Assembly (NCBI GenBank): GCA_022447405.1
Contig: JAKVCE010000003.1
Location: 1 to 32,594 of the forward strand
Direction: 5' to 3'
Source: Planctomycetota bacterium
Lineage (GTDB): Bacteria; Planctomycetota; UBA1135; GCA-002686595
DNA length: 32,594 bases
A model generated the notes under the pieces. The model ran no database searches, had not been told where the DNA came from, and saw only the letters and a list, made by a program, of their open reading frames with translations. Made by a program: the position numbers and the translations under genes. This document shows positions 8,058 through 16,550 of this stretch, piece by piece; position 1 is the first letter of the stretch, and each line of letters opens with the position of its first letter.

Positions 8058-10226
8058 TCAGAAGCGCAGCGTGTAGCCGAACTTGAGGGCGAGGCCGGTC
8101 CGTTCCGGCGCGAAGCGGTCGTCCATGGTATTCCAGGACTGGTTGAGGACGATGAAGAGCTCTTTGCCAGGCTCGAAGATGTGCCAGAGGCGGCTGTTCA
8201 GGCCGACGTCTTCGCTCTCGTCGTCGTACTGCACGAAGTTGAACCAGGAGGTGTCCGGGGAGAACTGCAAGTCCGCGCGCAGGCGCAAGACGTTCACGTC
8301 GAAGGTGCCCCCTGAGAGCTCGACCTCGTTGCGCTCAAACTCAAGCCCTAGCTGGGTGCCGGGGTTGAGGTTCCAGTCGAGCTCTATGCCGTAGTCGAGC
8401 CGGTCGCCGTCGTAGAACTCGCCGAAGTCGACGCCCGTCTCTAGAGAGATCGGGCGCTTGCTGCTCGTCTCGTACTCTAGACCCCAGCGCAGGTACTCGT
8501 AGTCGCCGACAGCGATCTCGACGTCGTCCTGGATGTCCCAGGCCTCTGTGAGCACCTCTCGTTGCTCCTTGACGTCGAGGTCGAAGGAGTCGCCGCTCTC
8601 CCATTCGACCCGGAAGAGGGTCGCGTGCACGCGCTCTGACTCGACGTTTCCGTCCAGGTCCGTGTAGACGGTCGGGTGGAGGCCGACCCCGATCTGCCGG
8701 ATGTTCGTCCGGGGGCGGGGGCTGTAGTCGAAGCTGCCGGAGTACTTTCGGATGCCTCCGCGGGGGACGAAGCCCAGCGCGGGGTCGAAGTCCTCACCGA
8801 TCTCAGTGAAGGAGAGAGAGAGGTCCACGGTGTCGTTCGGGTACGAGGCGCTCGCGTAGTAGGCCTCGTCCGAGTCTGCGCCGTTCTCCGCGGTGATCCC
8901 GTAAGCGGAGAAGCGGAGGTTCTTGTCGTCGAGGAACTCGTCCGTGCGGTAGTTGAGGTCCGCGCCGATCGTCGCGCCGTCTCCGCCCTCTGGGTTGCCG
9001 TGGGTCCAGAGGACGCCTGCGTCAGACTGCTCCCCGAGGTTCTTCGAGAACCTCCCCACGAAGAGGCTCTGCGAGTCGAGAGAGACCGGGTCCCCGTCCT
9101 CGTCGGCGTAAGCGAGCGAGCCGGCTTGGACGTTGAGGAGGCCTAGGGAGTAGCCGTCGGTCTGGGTGGTGAAGCGCGCGGCTACGTCTAGGGGCACCTC
9201 GCGGTTGTTGTAGAGACCGATCCTTCGGCTGAAGAACGGGGAGAGGTCTCCGCCGCGGTTGCCGCGGCCAGTGGAGGGCCCGAAGAAGAACACCCCGGAG
9301 TCCTCCAAGAAGAAGTCACGCTTCTCCTGGTAGTAGAGCGGGAAGCGGGTGAGGTTGACCCGGCGATCATCGACCTCGGTCTCGGCGAAGTCAGTGTTCA
9401 AGGAGACGCTCAGCTTGGTGCTGGGTGAGAAGCGATAGAGGAGGTCCAGGCCTGCGTCGAGGTTGGTGTCGGTCTCCGAGGTCGTGCGGTCGCGCTCGCC
9501 GTCAGCGGTCAGGAAGGGCATGACATCGAGCCCCAGGCCCTGCTCAAGCTTCGGGACCTCCAAGAGCGCGCCAGCGTGAGCGGCTGAGAAGAAGTAGATG
9601 CTCGTGCTGGGCGTAGCCCAGCGGCTCTCCTCCTCCTTGCGTCGGATGTGCCTGCGGATGTTGAAGCCCCACTCTGAGGCCTCTGGGTCGAAGTTGAGGG
9701 TGGCGTAGGGGATCGCCATCTCAGAGAAGTAGCCCTCATCCGTGACGGTCGTGCGCCCCTTCCAGAGGCCGTTCCACGGCTTGTTGAAGCTCGAGCCGTT
9801 CTTCGTGATCAGGGCGTCACCTCGCGATCCAGCGGCGCTCATCTGGAACCAGAAGGCGTTGCGGTCGTCGTTGAAGGTGTCGAGGATGAGCTCGAAGCGG
9901 TCGTCAGGGTTCAGGCGGGCGTCCCTGGACATATTGACCTGTCGAATCTGTTCAGGCTCCGAGTCGAAGCAGGAGACGCCGAGGAAGAGCTCCTTGGGCC
10001 CGAAGCAGAAGCGGACCTCTGTGCGCTCCGAAGCGGGCGCGCCGGTCTCTGGGAGCACCTGGCGGAGGCCCGTGAGCGGAGGGATCCGCTCCCAGAGCGC
10101 CTCGTCTAGGACGCCGTCAATGGTGGGCGGTGCCTCGCCTTCCCTGAGCGAAGAGGCCGCGTGGGACGGCGGCTCCTGAGGCAGCGTCAGGGGTACGGCA
10201 GAGAGGAGGAGGGCGGAGAGGGGCAT
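8058..10226 (-). CDS. CBM9-like / DUF5916-type outer-membrane beta-barrel protein
   Basis: The ATG at 10226 gives 'MPLSALLLSAVPLTLP...'. There is an N-terminal CBM9/DOMON-like segment 'IDGVLDEALWERIPPL...VRFCFGPKELFLGVSCFDSEP'. A long strand-rich region follows, ending in aromatic 'KFGYTLRF', typical of OM barrels. Track ORF 8058..10277 has a 17-codon extension that I discount. Confidence 0.75.
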   Translation of the reverse strand: MPLSALLLSAVPLTLPQEPPSHAASSLREGEAPPTIDGVLDEALWERIPPLTGLRQVLPETGAPASERTEVRFCFGPKELFLGVSCFDSEPEQIRQVNMSRDARLNPDDRFELILDTFNDDRNAFWFQMSAAGSRGDALITKNGSSFNKPWNGLWKGRTTVTDEGYFSEMAIPYATLNFDPEASEWGFNIRRHIRRKEEESRWATPSTSIYFFSAAHAGALLEVPKLEQGLGLDVMPFLTADGERDRTTSETDTNLDAGLDLLYRFSPSTKLSVSLNTDFAETEVDDRRVNLTRFPLYYQEKRDFFLEDSGVFFFGPSTGRGNRGGDLSPFFSRRIGLYNNREVPLDVAARFTTQTDGYSLGLLNVQAGSLAYADEDGDPVSLDSQSLFVGRFSKNLGEQSDAGVLWTHGNPEGGDGATIGADLNYRTDEFLDDKNLRFSAYGITAENGADSDEAYYASASYPNDTVDLSLSFTEIGEDFDPALGFVPRGGIRKYSGSFDYSPRPRTNIRQIGVGLHPTVYTDLDGNVESERVHATLFRVEWESGDSFDLDVKEQREVLTEAWDIQDDVEIAVGDYEYLRWGLEYETSSKRPISLETGVDFGEFYDGDRLDYGIELDWNLNPGTQLGLEFERNEVELSGGTFDVNVLRLRADLQFSPDTSWFNFVQYDDESEDVGLNSRLWHIFEPGKELFIVLNQSWNTMDDRFAPERTGLALKFGYTLRF

Positions 10227-10320
10227 GGTCTTCTCGAGCCGGGGATGGTCGCAGATGGAGATCGCCGCGGCACCCAAAACCGAGGAGAACTCGCTCTGGT
10301 ACAGCGGCTCGCTGTAGATA

Positions 10321-10356
10321 GAAAAAGGGCGGGAGTCGGAGGACCGACTCCCGCCC
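10321..10356 (-). terminator. Rho-independent terminator of the 10388..11986 gene
   Basis: Perfect 13-bp stem GGGCGGGAGTCGG (10327-10339) / CCGACTCCCGCCC (10344-10356) with a 4-nt loop. On the minus strand it is followed by TTTTTC (complement of 10321-10326). It lies 32 nt downstream of the stop at 10388. Confidence 0.8.
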
Positions 10357-10387
10357 TTGATGAGATCAAGCGGGGCGTTTCAGGTCA

Positions 10388-11986
10388 CTAGTTCTGGAAG
10401 GTGACGCTGAGCGCGGTCGAGAGGTTGAAGGTCGAGCCTCCAGCCGGGGGGTCACGGAACCAGCACTGGAACTTCCAGGTCGAGCCCGGAGTGATGTTGT
10501 TCGAGTGCGGGGCCGATGAGTTGTCGACGCTGTGCATGATGTTGAAGAAGTTGTCGGACTGCTCGACGGGCAGGCGGGTCACGCCTCCACCGACGCAGCG
10601 GACGCCGTTACCGAACGGGACTTCGATCTCGTTGGGGCCGTAGTAGAAGATCCCGAACTGGCTGACCGGAACGGGCGAGGCGCCGAGGACGAGGTCGTTC
10701 GCGGCGATGCTGTTCGAACCGCTCGAGTAGATCTGCGCGAAGCCGCCAGAGGAGTTCTGGTTGCTGGTGCAGTAGCTGTAGACGTCCGGGGGAGTCCCGG
10801 GGCCCTGAACGGGGGCTGTGAGCGCGCTCGAGACGCCGGGCCCGTACATGCCCATCGTGGCGGTCACGTCCTGGGGAGCGGCGGCCGTCGTGAAGCCGAA
10901 GCTGTAGGAGGTGCCCCAGCGGATGGCGTTGCCGTTCGCGTTCTGGTTGTAGGTCGTGGTGGCTTCCCAGCGGATCTCGCCGTTGGCGATGGTGTGGGTC
11001 CAGTCCGTGTTGTCCTGGATCTCACCAGAGTGGTAGACGACGTCGTTGAAGTAGACGTTCGTCAGCTCAGCGCCATCGTTGACGGGGATGGAGAAGTCAC
11101 CGCAGCCCTGCTCGGAGTTGTGGTTGTAGACCACGTAGTTGTAGGTGAAGGTGCCGTCGTTGTTGTCGATGTGGTTGTAGGCGACGTGATACCAACCGTG
11201 GACGCCAGCGCCGCCCTCGTTGTCGTTCTGGACCTGGATCACGGAGACACCCGGGACCTCGGAGCGCCACGCGTAGAGCGGGCCTTGACCGACGTTGGTG
11301 GGGCCGTTGCCGTCGATGTTCGTCACGGAGACGACGTTGAGCTTGCGCCATGAGCCGTTGTTGGCTCCGTTGCCGGCCATCTGGTCGTGCTCGGAGATGT
11401 AGAGGCTGGAGCCGAAGTAGACGGCGCCGGCGTTCTGGCTCGGGTTGATGTCTTCCTCAGCGACCTGCAGGCGGCCACGGATGGCGCTGGGGCCTGAGGG
11501 GCTGCTGTAGGGGTAGGTGATCCGACCCGTGGTGGGGCTGATCTCGTGCTTCGGGCCACCGCTGGAGCCGTCGTTCAGGGACGCCCAGTAGGTGTCGGCG
11601 CAGCCGATACCGAGGGTGCTGCAAGGCGTGGCCTGGCAGCTGCCGCAGCCGGGCTCGCTCACTGCGCAGAAGCCGTGCTTGAGCCAGCTCTGGCCGATCT
11701 GCTCGAAGCGACCGTTCTTGAGGCGGTACATGCTCTGGCCGATGACGGGGTGGTTGATGTTGTTGGACTGCCACAGGACGGTCTGGTCACCGATGTTGCA
11801 GGACTGAGTCGCGAGGCTGTAGGCGCGGATGCCGTTGGCGGTGCCCCAGTAGCGGATGTCGTTGGTGTTGCCGCCGTCGACGCCGAGCTGGTGAACGACG
11901 ATGTCGGGGCCGACCTGCGCGTTGGCGAGGCCAGTGAGGAGGAGGCAGGCCATCGCTGCCTTGGATACGAATTGCTTGATCTTCAT
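10388..11986 (-). CDS. Secreted hypothetical protein, Asn/Gly/Ser/Thr-rich, Cys-containing (family not recognised)
   Basis: The ATG at 11986 gives the signal peptide MKIKQFVSKAAMACLLLTGLANAQ. The N-terminal region is 'GPDIVVHQLG...IRAYSLATQSCNIGD...HPVIGQSMYRLKNGRFEQIGQSWLKHGFCAVSEPGCGSCQATPCSTLGIGCADTY'. The C-terminal ~110-aa module ends 'WKFQCWFRDPPAGGSTFNLSTALSVTF'. It has its own strong terminator. Confidence 0.8.
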   Translation of the reverse strand: MKIKQFVSKAAMACLLLTGLANAQVGPDIVVHQLGVDGGNTNDIRYWGTANGIRAYSLATQSCNIGDQTVLWQSNNINHPVIGQSMYRLKNGRFEQIGQSWLKHGFCAVSEPGCGSCQATPCSTLGIGCADTYWASLNDGSSGGPKHEISPTTGRITYPYSSPSGPSAIRGRLQVAEEDINPSQNAGAVYFGSSLYISEHDQMAGNGANNGSWRKLNVVSVTNIDGNGPTNVGQGPLYAWRSEVPGVSVIQVQNDNEGGAGVHGWYHVAYNHIDNNDGTFTYNYVVYNHNSEQGCGDFSIPVNDGAELTNVYFNDVVYHSGEIQDNTDWTHTIANGEIRWEATTTYNQNANGNAIRWGTSYSFGFTTAAAPQDVTATMGMYGPGVSSALTAPVQGPGTPPDVYSYCTSNQNSSGGFAQIYSSGSNSIAANDLVLGASPVPVSQFGIFYYGPNEIEVPFGNGVRCVGGGVTRLPVEQSDNFFNIMHSVDNSSAPHSNNITPGSTWKFQCWFRDPPAGGSTFNLSTALSVTFQN

Positions 11987-12328
11987 GGGGAGTTTCTCTT
12001 TCAAACTGTGGGTTTCTGTTGAGCGCGATAGCGTGTCTTCCAGAGGCCACGCTGAGGCTCTCATCGATACATTGGGGCCCAAATGGCTCATGTCGAGCCG
12101 GTTCGGAAGCCCCTTACATTGTGTCCTATGCCGCAGGTTTCTGCGGAATATATGCCGTTTACCGGGCCCTCTCGGGGCCTGTGAACGGCGCTCAATCTAA
12201 CCTCAATAGATGGATTGGGGGTTCTTCGTGTTCCGTAAGAGCGCTGTACGGGGACCGAATCAACCTTTTTGACGTCGTGAAGGGCGATTTAGCCGACGAG
12301 GGGCTCCAAAGAATCAGCCACCAAGATC

Positions 12329-14275
12329 TCAGGCTCCGCGTCGCCTCGTGGCCTCGCTCTGGAGCCGCTTCGCGCCGTCTTCGTCTCCTAGGCGCCTGGA
12401 GCACTCGGCCATGAGCTCCCAGGGGGCGGGGTCAAGCGGGGCGAGCTCGGCCGCGCGAGCGGCCTGGGTCTTGGCCTCCTCAAAGCGCTCCAAGCCCAAG
12501 AGCGCGCTGGCGAAGAGGAGACGGGTGCCCGCGTCGTCGCGCTGAGCGAGGGCGAGCTCGTACTGCGCAGCGCCCTCCTCAAGGCGCCCCATCTGACAGA
12601 GCATGCCCGCGAGGTTCTCACGCGCCTGGAGGGAGCGTGGGTCTGCCTCCAAGGTGCGCTGAAAGAGGGAGACCGCGCTCTCAGGGTCATTCGCCATCGC
12701 GCGCAGGACGCCGAGCATATAGAGGAGCTCTGCTGGCTCGCCCGCCTCCTCGATTCCAGCACGGAGGGTCTCTTCGGCGGCGGCGGGCTCTCCCTTCTGG
12801 TAGAGGAGGAACTCAGCGAGGTCCTTCCGCGAGTCGATCCGCATGGGCTCACGCTCGATCGCGCTGCGCAGCTCGCGCTCGTAGCCTTTGATGTCCCCGC
12901 GCAGGAGGGCGGCCCAGGCGAGGCGGCGCGCGTTGTTCGCGCTGGGGATGAGGGCCCAGGCATCGAGGAAGCTCGCGTCAGCCTCTAGCCGCTCGAGGAG
13001 CGCTGCGTTTTGCCTCGTGAGCGGCGCGCCGCTCTGTGGCCTCCACGCATCCCTCATGGCTTGGGTCGCCTCGAAGGAACCCGCTGCCTGGCCTTCGCGT
13101 ACCTGGATCATCGCGCTGTGAATCCAGAAGAGTCCAAAGAGCGCGCTGCAGCAGAGGAAGGTGCGGCCGCTCCCCGTGAGGGCGCCAGAGGCCTTCAAGA
13201 CGGAGGCCTGCATCCGCACGCTCTCACGTGTCAGGAGCCTGGCGCAGAGGAGCCCGATGAAGGCGAGGATGGCCGCGAGCCCGAGGGCGAGGAGGAAGGG
13301 GACCGCGCCGTAGAGGCCGCGGAAGGTGAAGAAGGCGGCCGCGAAGGAGAGGACCAGCACGAGCTCCTCGCCGCGCGAGAGCTCCCTCCAGCGCGCGAGC
13401 TTCCCTGTGGGGACCGGGTCAGCCTTGGCGTGGGCGGGACGGTCTGCTCTCGGGGCCTTGGCGACCTTGCCGAAGCCGAAGTAGAGGGCGTCCTTTGGGC
13501 AGACGCTCACGCAGTCCATGCACTTCATGCAGCCCGCGTCGATGACCTGCCCGTAGTCGCGGACCTCGGCAGCGACCTGGACGTTTGAGGAGCAGGTGGC
13601 GGTGCAGTGCCCGCAGCCCTCGCAGGCGTCCGTGACCCGGATGCGCCCAGGGGCGACCTTGTCCACGAGCCCGAAGAGCGCGCCGTAGGGGCAGGCGTAG
13701 GTGCAGAAGCCCTTCGCGCCGAGGAAGTACACGATCGCGAAGCCGCAGACGAAGAAGGTCAGGAGCGCGATGGGCCAGGGAGGGAAGGTGTCCCAGAAGC
13801 CTGTCGTCGTCCAATGCGTCCCGCCGTGGGAGAAGTCATCGCCGATCCACAGCCGGTAGGCGACAGGCCAGAGGAACATGTAGATGAAGGCGACAGCAGG
13901 CACGAAGAGCAGCGCGCGAGAGCGCAGCGGCTTGGGGCGGATCCCTACCTTGAGGAGCATCCAGCGGCAGAGGTCTTGCAGCGCGACGATGTGGCAGGCC
14001 CAGCCGCAGAAGAAGCGGCCGAAGATCGCAGTCAGCACGGTGCCGGCGATGAAGAAGACGAGGCCAGCGTTCACGACGGAGTGCTTGGAGTACTCCATCG
14101 CCTCAGAGGGCTCGAGGGGAGTCAGCGTCTCGCCCGTGTAGTACCAGTGCGCGATGTGCGCAGCGATCGCGACGTGAACGAGGACGAGCACGAGGGCGCG
14201 GACGCGGCCCGCTCGGGAGCGCGCAATCTGGGTCCCGGGGACCTTCTCGCGATCTTCAGTCGTACAGGAGCTCAC
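12329..14275 (-). CDS. Membrane polyferredoxin (CcoG/NapH/RdxA-like 4Fe-4S protein) fused to a C-terminal TPR domain
   Basis: Motifs 'FFCGWACHIVALQD' and 'FCTYACPYGALFG', plus two ferredoxin-type cysteine clusters, 'CEGCGHCTATC' and 'CMKCMDCVSVCP'. Additional TM helices are followed by ~300 aa of TPR-like repeats. The GTG start at 14275 lies 12 nt after the upstream stop, with a purine-rich GAGGAG in the spacer. Confidence 0.85.
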   Translation of the reverse strand: MSSCTTEDREKVPGTQIARSRAGRVRALVLVLVHVAIAAHIAHWYYTGETLTPLEPSEAMEYSKHSVVNAGLVFFIAGTVLTAIFGRFFCGWACHIVALQDLCRWMLLKVGIRPKPLRSRALLFVPAVAFIYMFLWPVAYRLWIGDDFSHGGTHWTTTGFWDTFPPWPIALLTFFVCGFAIVYFLGAKGFCTYACPYGALFGLVDKVAPGRIRVTDACEGCGHCTATCSSNVQVAAEVRDYGQVIDAGCMKCMDCVSVCPKDALYFGFGKVAKAPRADRPAHAKADPVPTGKLARWRELSRGEELVLVLSFAAAFFTFRGLYGAVPFLLALGLAAILAFIGLLCARLLTRESVRMQASVLKASGALTGSGRTFLCCSALFGLFWIHSAMIQVREGQAAGSFEATQAMRDAWRPQSGAPLTRQNAALLERLEADASFLDAWALIPSANNARRLAWAALLRGDIKGYERELRSAIEREPMRIDSRKDLAEFLLYQKGEPAAAEETLRAGIEEAGEPAELLYMLGVLRAMANDPESAVSLFQRTLEADPRSLQARENLAGMLCQMGRLEEGAAQYELALAQRDDAGTRLLFASALLGLERFEEAKTQAARAAELAPLDPAPWELMAECSRRLGDEDGAKRLQSEATRRRGA

Positions 14276-14287
14276 GTCTCCTCAATG

Positions 14288-16543
14288 TTACTCCCCGCGG
14301 GGCTCGAGGCGCGGCTTGCCCATGAGGTACTGCCCTGGCCAGGGCTGATCGGGGTAGTCGTAGCGTGAGGCGGCGTGGAGCGTGAGGTAGGGGTCCGCGA
14401 GGTGGGGTCGAGCGAGGGCGCAGAGGTCGGCCCGGCCGGCGGCGAGGACGGTGTTCGCGTGGTCTGCGCCCTGGATCGCGCCCACAGCCATCACGAGGGC
14501 GTCGGTCTCGTGCTTGATGCGCTCCGCGAAAGGGACCTGGTACATGCGCCCGTAGACCGGCTCAGACTCGAGCGAGTTACCCGCGCTGGAGACGTCGATG
14601 AGGTCGCATCCGGCGGCGTGGAGCGCCTTCGAGATCTCTACGGCGTCGTCGACCGTCAGCCCCTCCGGGTGCCAGTCACTCGCGGAGATGCGGCAGGCGA
14701 GGGGCCGCTCCTTGGGCCAGGCGGCGCGGACGGCCTCCAAGACCTCCAGCGGGTAGCGCAGGCGGTTCTCAAGGGAGCCGCCGTACTCGTCGGCGCGTGA
14801 GTTGGAGAGGGGCGAGAGGAAGCTGGAGAGCAGGTAGCCGTGCGCCATGTGCAGCTCGACGAGGTCAAAGCCAGCCTCCAAGGCGCGCTCAGTGGAGGCG
14901 ACGAACTCGTCGCGCACCCGGTCCATGTCGGCGCGGTCCATCTGCTTGGGCGCGGGCCAGCCCTCACGGAACGGCGTGTCGTCCGGACCCATCGTCTGCC
15001 ATGCCCCGTCTGTGAGCGGCTCATCCTGGTTGTCCCAGGCGTGACTCGTCGAGCCCTTGCGCCCGGCGTGTGCGAGCTGGATGCCGATCTTGGAGTCGGA
15101 GCGCTCGTGACAGAAGTCGACCACGCGCTTCCACGCGGCGGTGTGCTCGTCCGTGTAGAGCCCCGCGCAGCCCGGCGTGATGCGGCCGTCTGCTGAGACA
15201 TCCGTCATCTCCGTGATGATGAGGCCTGCGCCCCCCAAGGCGCGGCTCCCGAGGTGGACGAGGTGCCAGTCGTCGATGAGGCCCTCGGTCGCTGAGTACT
15301 GGCACATCGGGGAGACGACGATCCTGTTCTTGAGCTCCAGTCCGCCCACCTTGAGCGGGGTGAAGGCGGGCGGGGCGGGCACCCCGTCGCTGGCGAGCTC
15401 AGCGCCCTGGGACAGGCGGAACTCCTCGTCAGCCCTCGCGACGAGCTCGGGGTCTCGGAGCTTGAGGTTCTCGTAGGTGATGCGCTTCGAGCGCGTCATC
15501 AGGTTGAACTGGAACTGCGCGGGCGTCTGACGCACATACCGTCCGGCGTTCTCAAACCACTCGAGGCTGGTCTGCGCGGCCTTCTGCAGCTTGATCACAT
15601 CGACCCTGCGGGACTCCTGATAGGCGGCGAGGGTGGCAGGGATGTCAGCGTCGCCGTGGGCGCGGAAGGCCTCGACGAGCGCGGTCGCGTCCTCCATGGC
15701 GAGCTTGGTGCCAGAGCCGATCGAGAAGTGCGCTGTGTGAGCGGAGTCGCCCAGGAGGACGATGTTCTCGTGCGCCCAGCGCTCGCAGCGCACGGTGGGG
15801 AAGGTGCGCCACATGGAGCGGTTCGTGAGCAGCTCGTGTCCCTCGAGCTCCTCTTTGAAGAGCTCGCTGCAGTAAGCGACCGTGTCCGCCTCGCTCGCGC
15901 TCTCAAGACCAGCCGCCTGGAAGGTCTCCTCGCGGCACTCGACGATCCAGGTCGAGGTCTCACGGTCGAAGGGGTAGGCGTGGACCGTGAACAGGCCGTG
16001 CTCGTTCTCCTTGAAGACGAAGGTGAAGGCCTCGAGGGGCTTGGTCGTGCCGAGCCAGCTGAACTTGCACTTGCGCCAGTCTGTGGAGGGCTTGAAGACG
16101 TCGGCGTGGCGCTCACGGATCGCGCTGTTCACCCCGTCGGCTGCGATGATGAGGTCGTAGTCGTCGTAGGGCTCGAGCTCATCGACCTCGACTCCGAACT
16201 CCAGCTCGACCCCGAGCTCTCGGCAGCGGTCGTGGAGGATGTTCAGGAGCTTCTTGCGCGAGAGACCGCAGAAGCCGTGCCCAGTGGAGAGCGCTCTCCC
16301 GCCTGGGTAGAAGGTCTCGATGTCGCTCCAGTAGGCGAAGTTGGAGCGGATCTCACGGAAGCTCTCGGCGTCGGCCTCCTCGAAGCCGGAGAGGGTCTCG
16401 TCGCTGAAGACGACCCCCCAGCCGAAGGTGTCGTCGGCCTGGTTGCGCTCGACGACGCGGATCTCTGCCTCAGGGAAGGCCTTCTTCAGGAGGATCCCGG
16501 AGTAGAGGCCCCCGGGGCCGCCGCCGATGGTGAGGACTCGCAT
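14288..16543 (-). CDS. Bifunctional FAD-dependent aromatic-ring/acyl-CoA hydroxylase + Old Yellow Enzyme-type NAD(P)H:flavin oxidoreductase (salicylyl-CoA 5-hydroxylase / 2-aminobenzoyl-CoA monooxygenase-reductase type)
   Basis: N-terminal 'VLTIGGGPGGLYSGILL' (FAD), 'LLGDSAHTAHFSIGSGTKLAMEDA' (flavin monooxygenase), and C-terminal OYE barrel motifs 'LKNRIVVSPMCQYSA', 'IQLAHAGRKG' and 'VELHMAHGYLLSSFLSP'. At 751 aa the layout matches the known bifunctional enzymes. The substrate is not inferable. Confidence 0.85.
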   Translation of the reverse strand: MRVLTIGGGPGGLYSGILLKKAFPEAEIRVVERNQADDTFGWGVVFSDETLSGFEEADAESFREIRSNFAYWSDIETFYPGGRALSTGHGFCGLSRKKLLNILHDRCRELGVELEFGVEVDELEPYDDYDLIIAADGVNSAIRERHADVFKPSTDWRKCKFSWLGTTKPLEAFTFVFKENEHGLFTVHAYPFDRETSTWIVECREETFQAAGLESASEADTVAYCSELFKEELEGHELLTNRSMWRTFPTVRCERWAHENIVLLGDSAHTAHFSIGSGTKLAMEDATALVEAFRAHGDADIPATLAAYQESRRVDVIKLQKAAQTSLEWFENAGRYVRQTPAQFQFNLMTRSKRITYENLKLRDPELVARADEEFRLSQGAELASDGVPAPPAFTPLKVGGLELKNRIVVSPMCQYSATEGLIDDWHLVHLGSRALGGAGLIITEMTDVSADGRITPGCAGLYTDEHTAAWKRVVDFCHERSDSKIGIQLAHAGRKGSTSHAWDNQDEPLTDGAWQTMGPDDTPFREGWPAPKQMDRADMDRVRDEFVASTERALEAGFDLVELHMAHGYLLSSFLSPLSNSRADEYGGSLENRLRYPLEVLEAVRAAWPKERPLACRISASDWHPEGLTVDDAVEISKALHAAGCDLIDVSSAGNSLESEPVYGRMYQVPFAERIKHETDALVMAVGAIQGADHANTVLAAGRADLCALARPHLADPYLTLHAASRYDYPDQPWPGQYLMGKPRLEPRGE

Positions 16544-16550
16544 GGCAGCC

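Noticed and set aside
12131-12181. Hairpins downstream of the polyferredoxin-TPR gene as its intrinsic terminator
   Set aside because: The stems are short (5-6 bp), lack a following U-tract on the minus strand, and lie ~150-200 nt from the stop. They are kept only as part of the leader-region observation.
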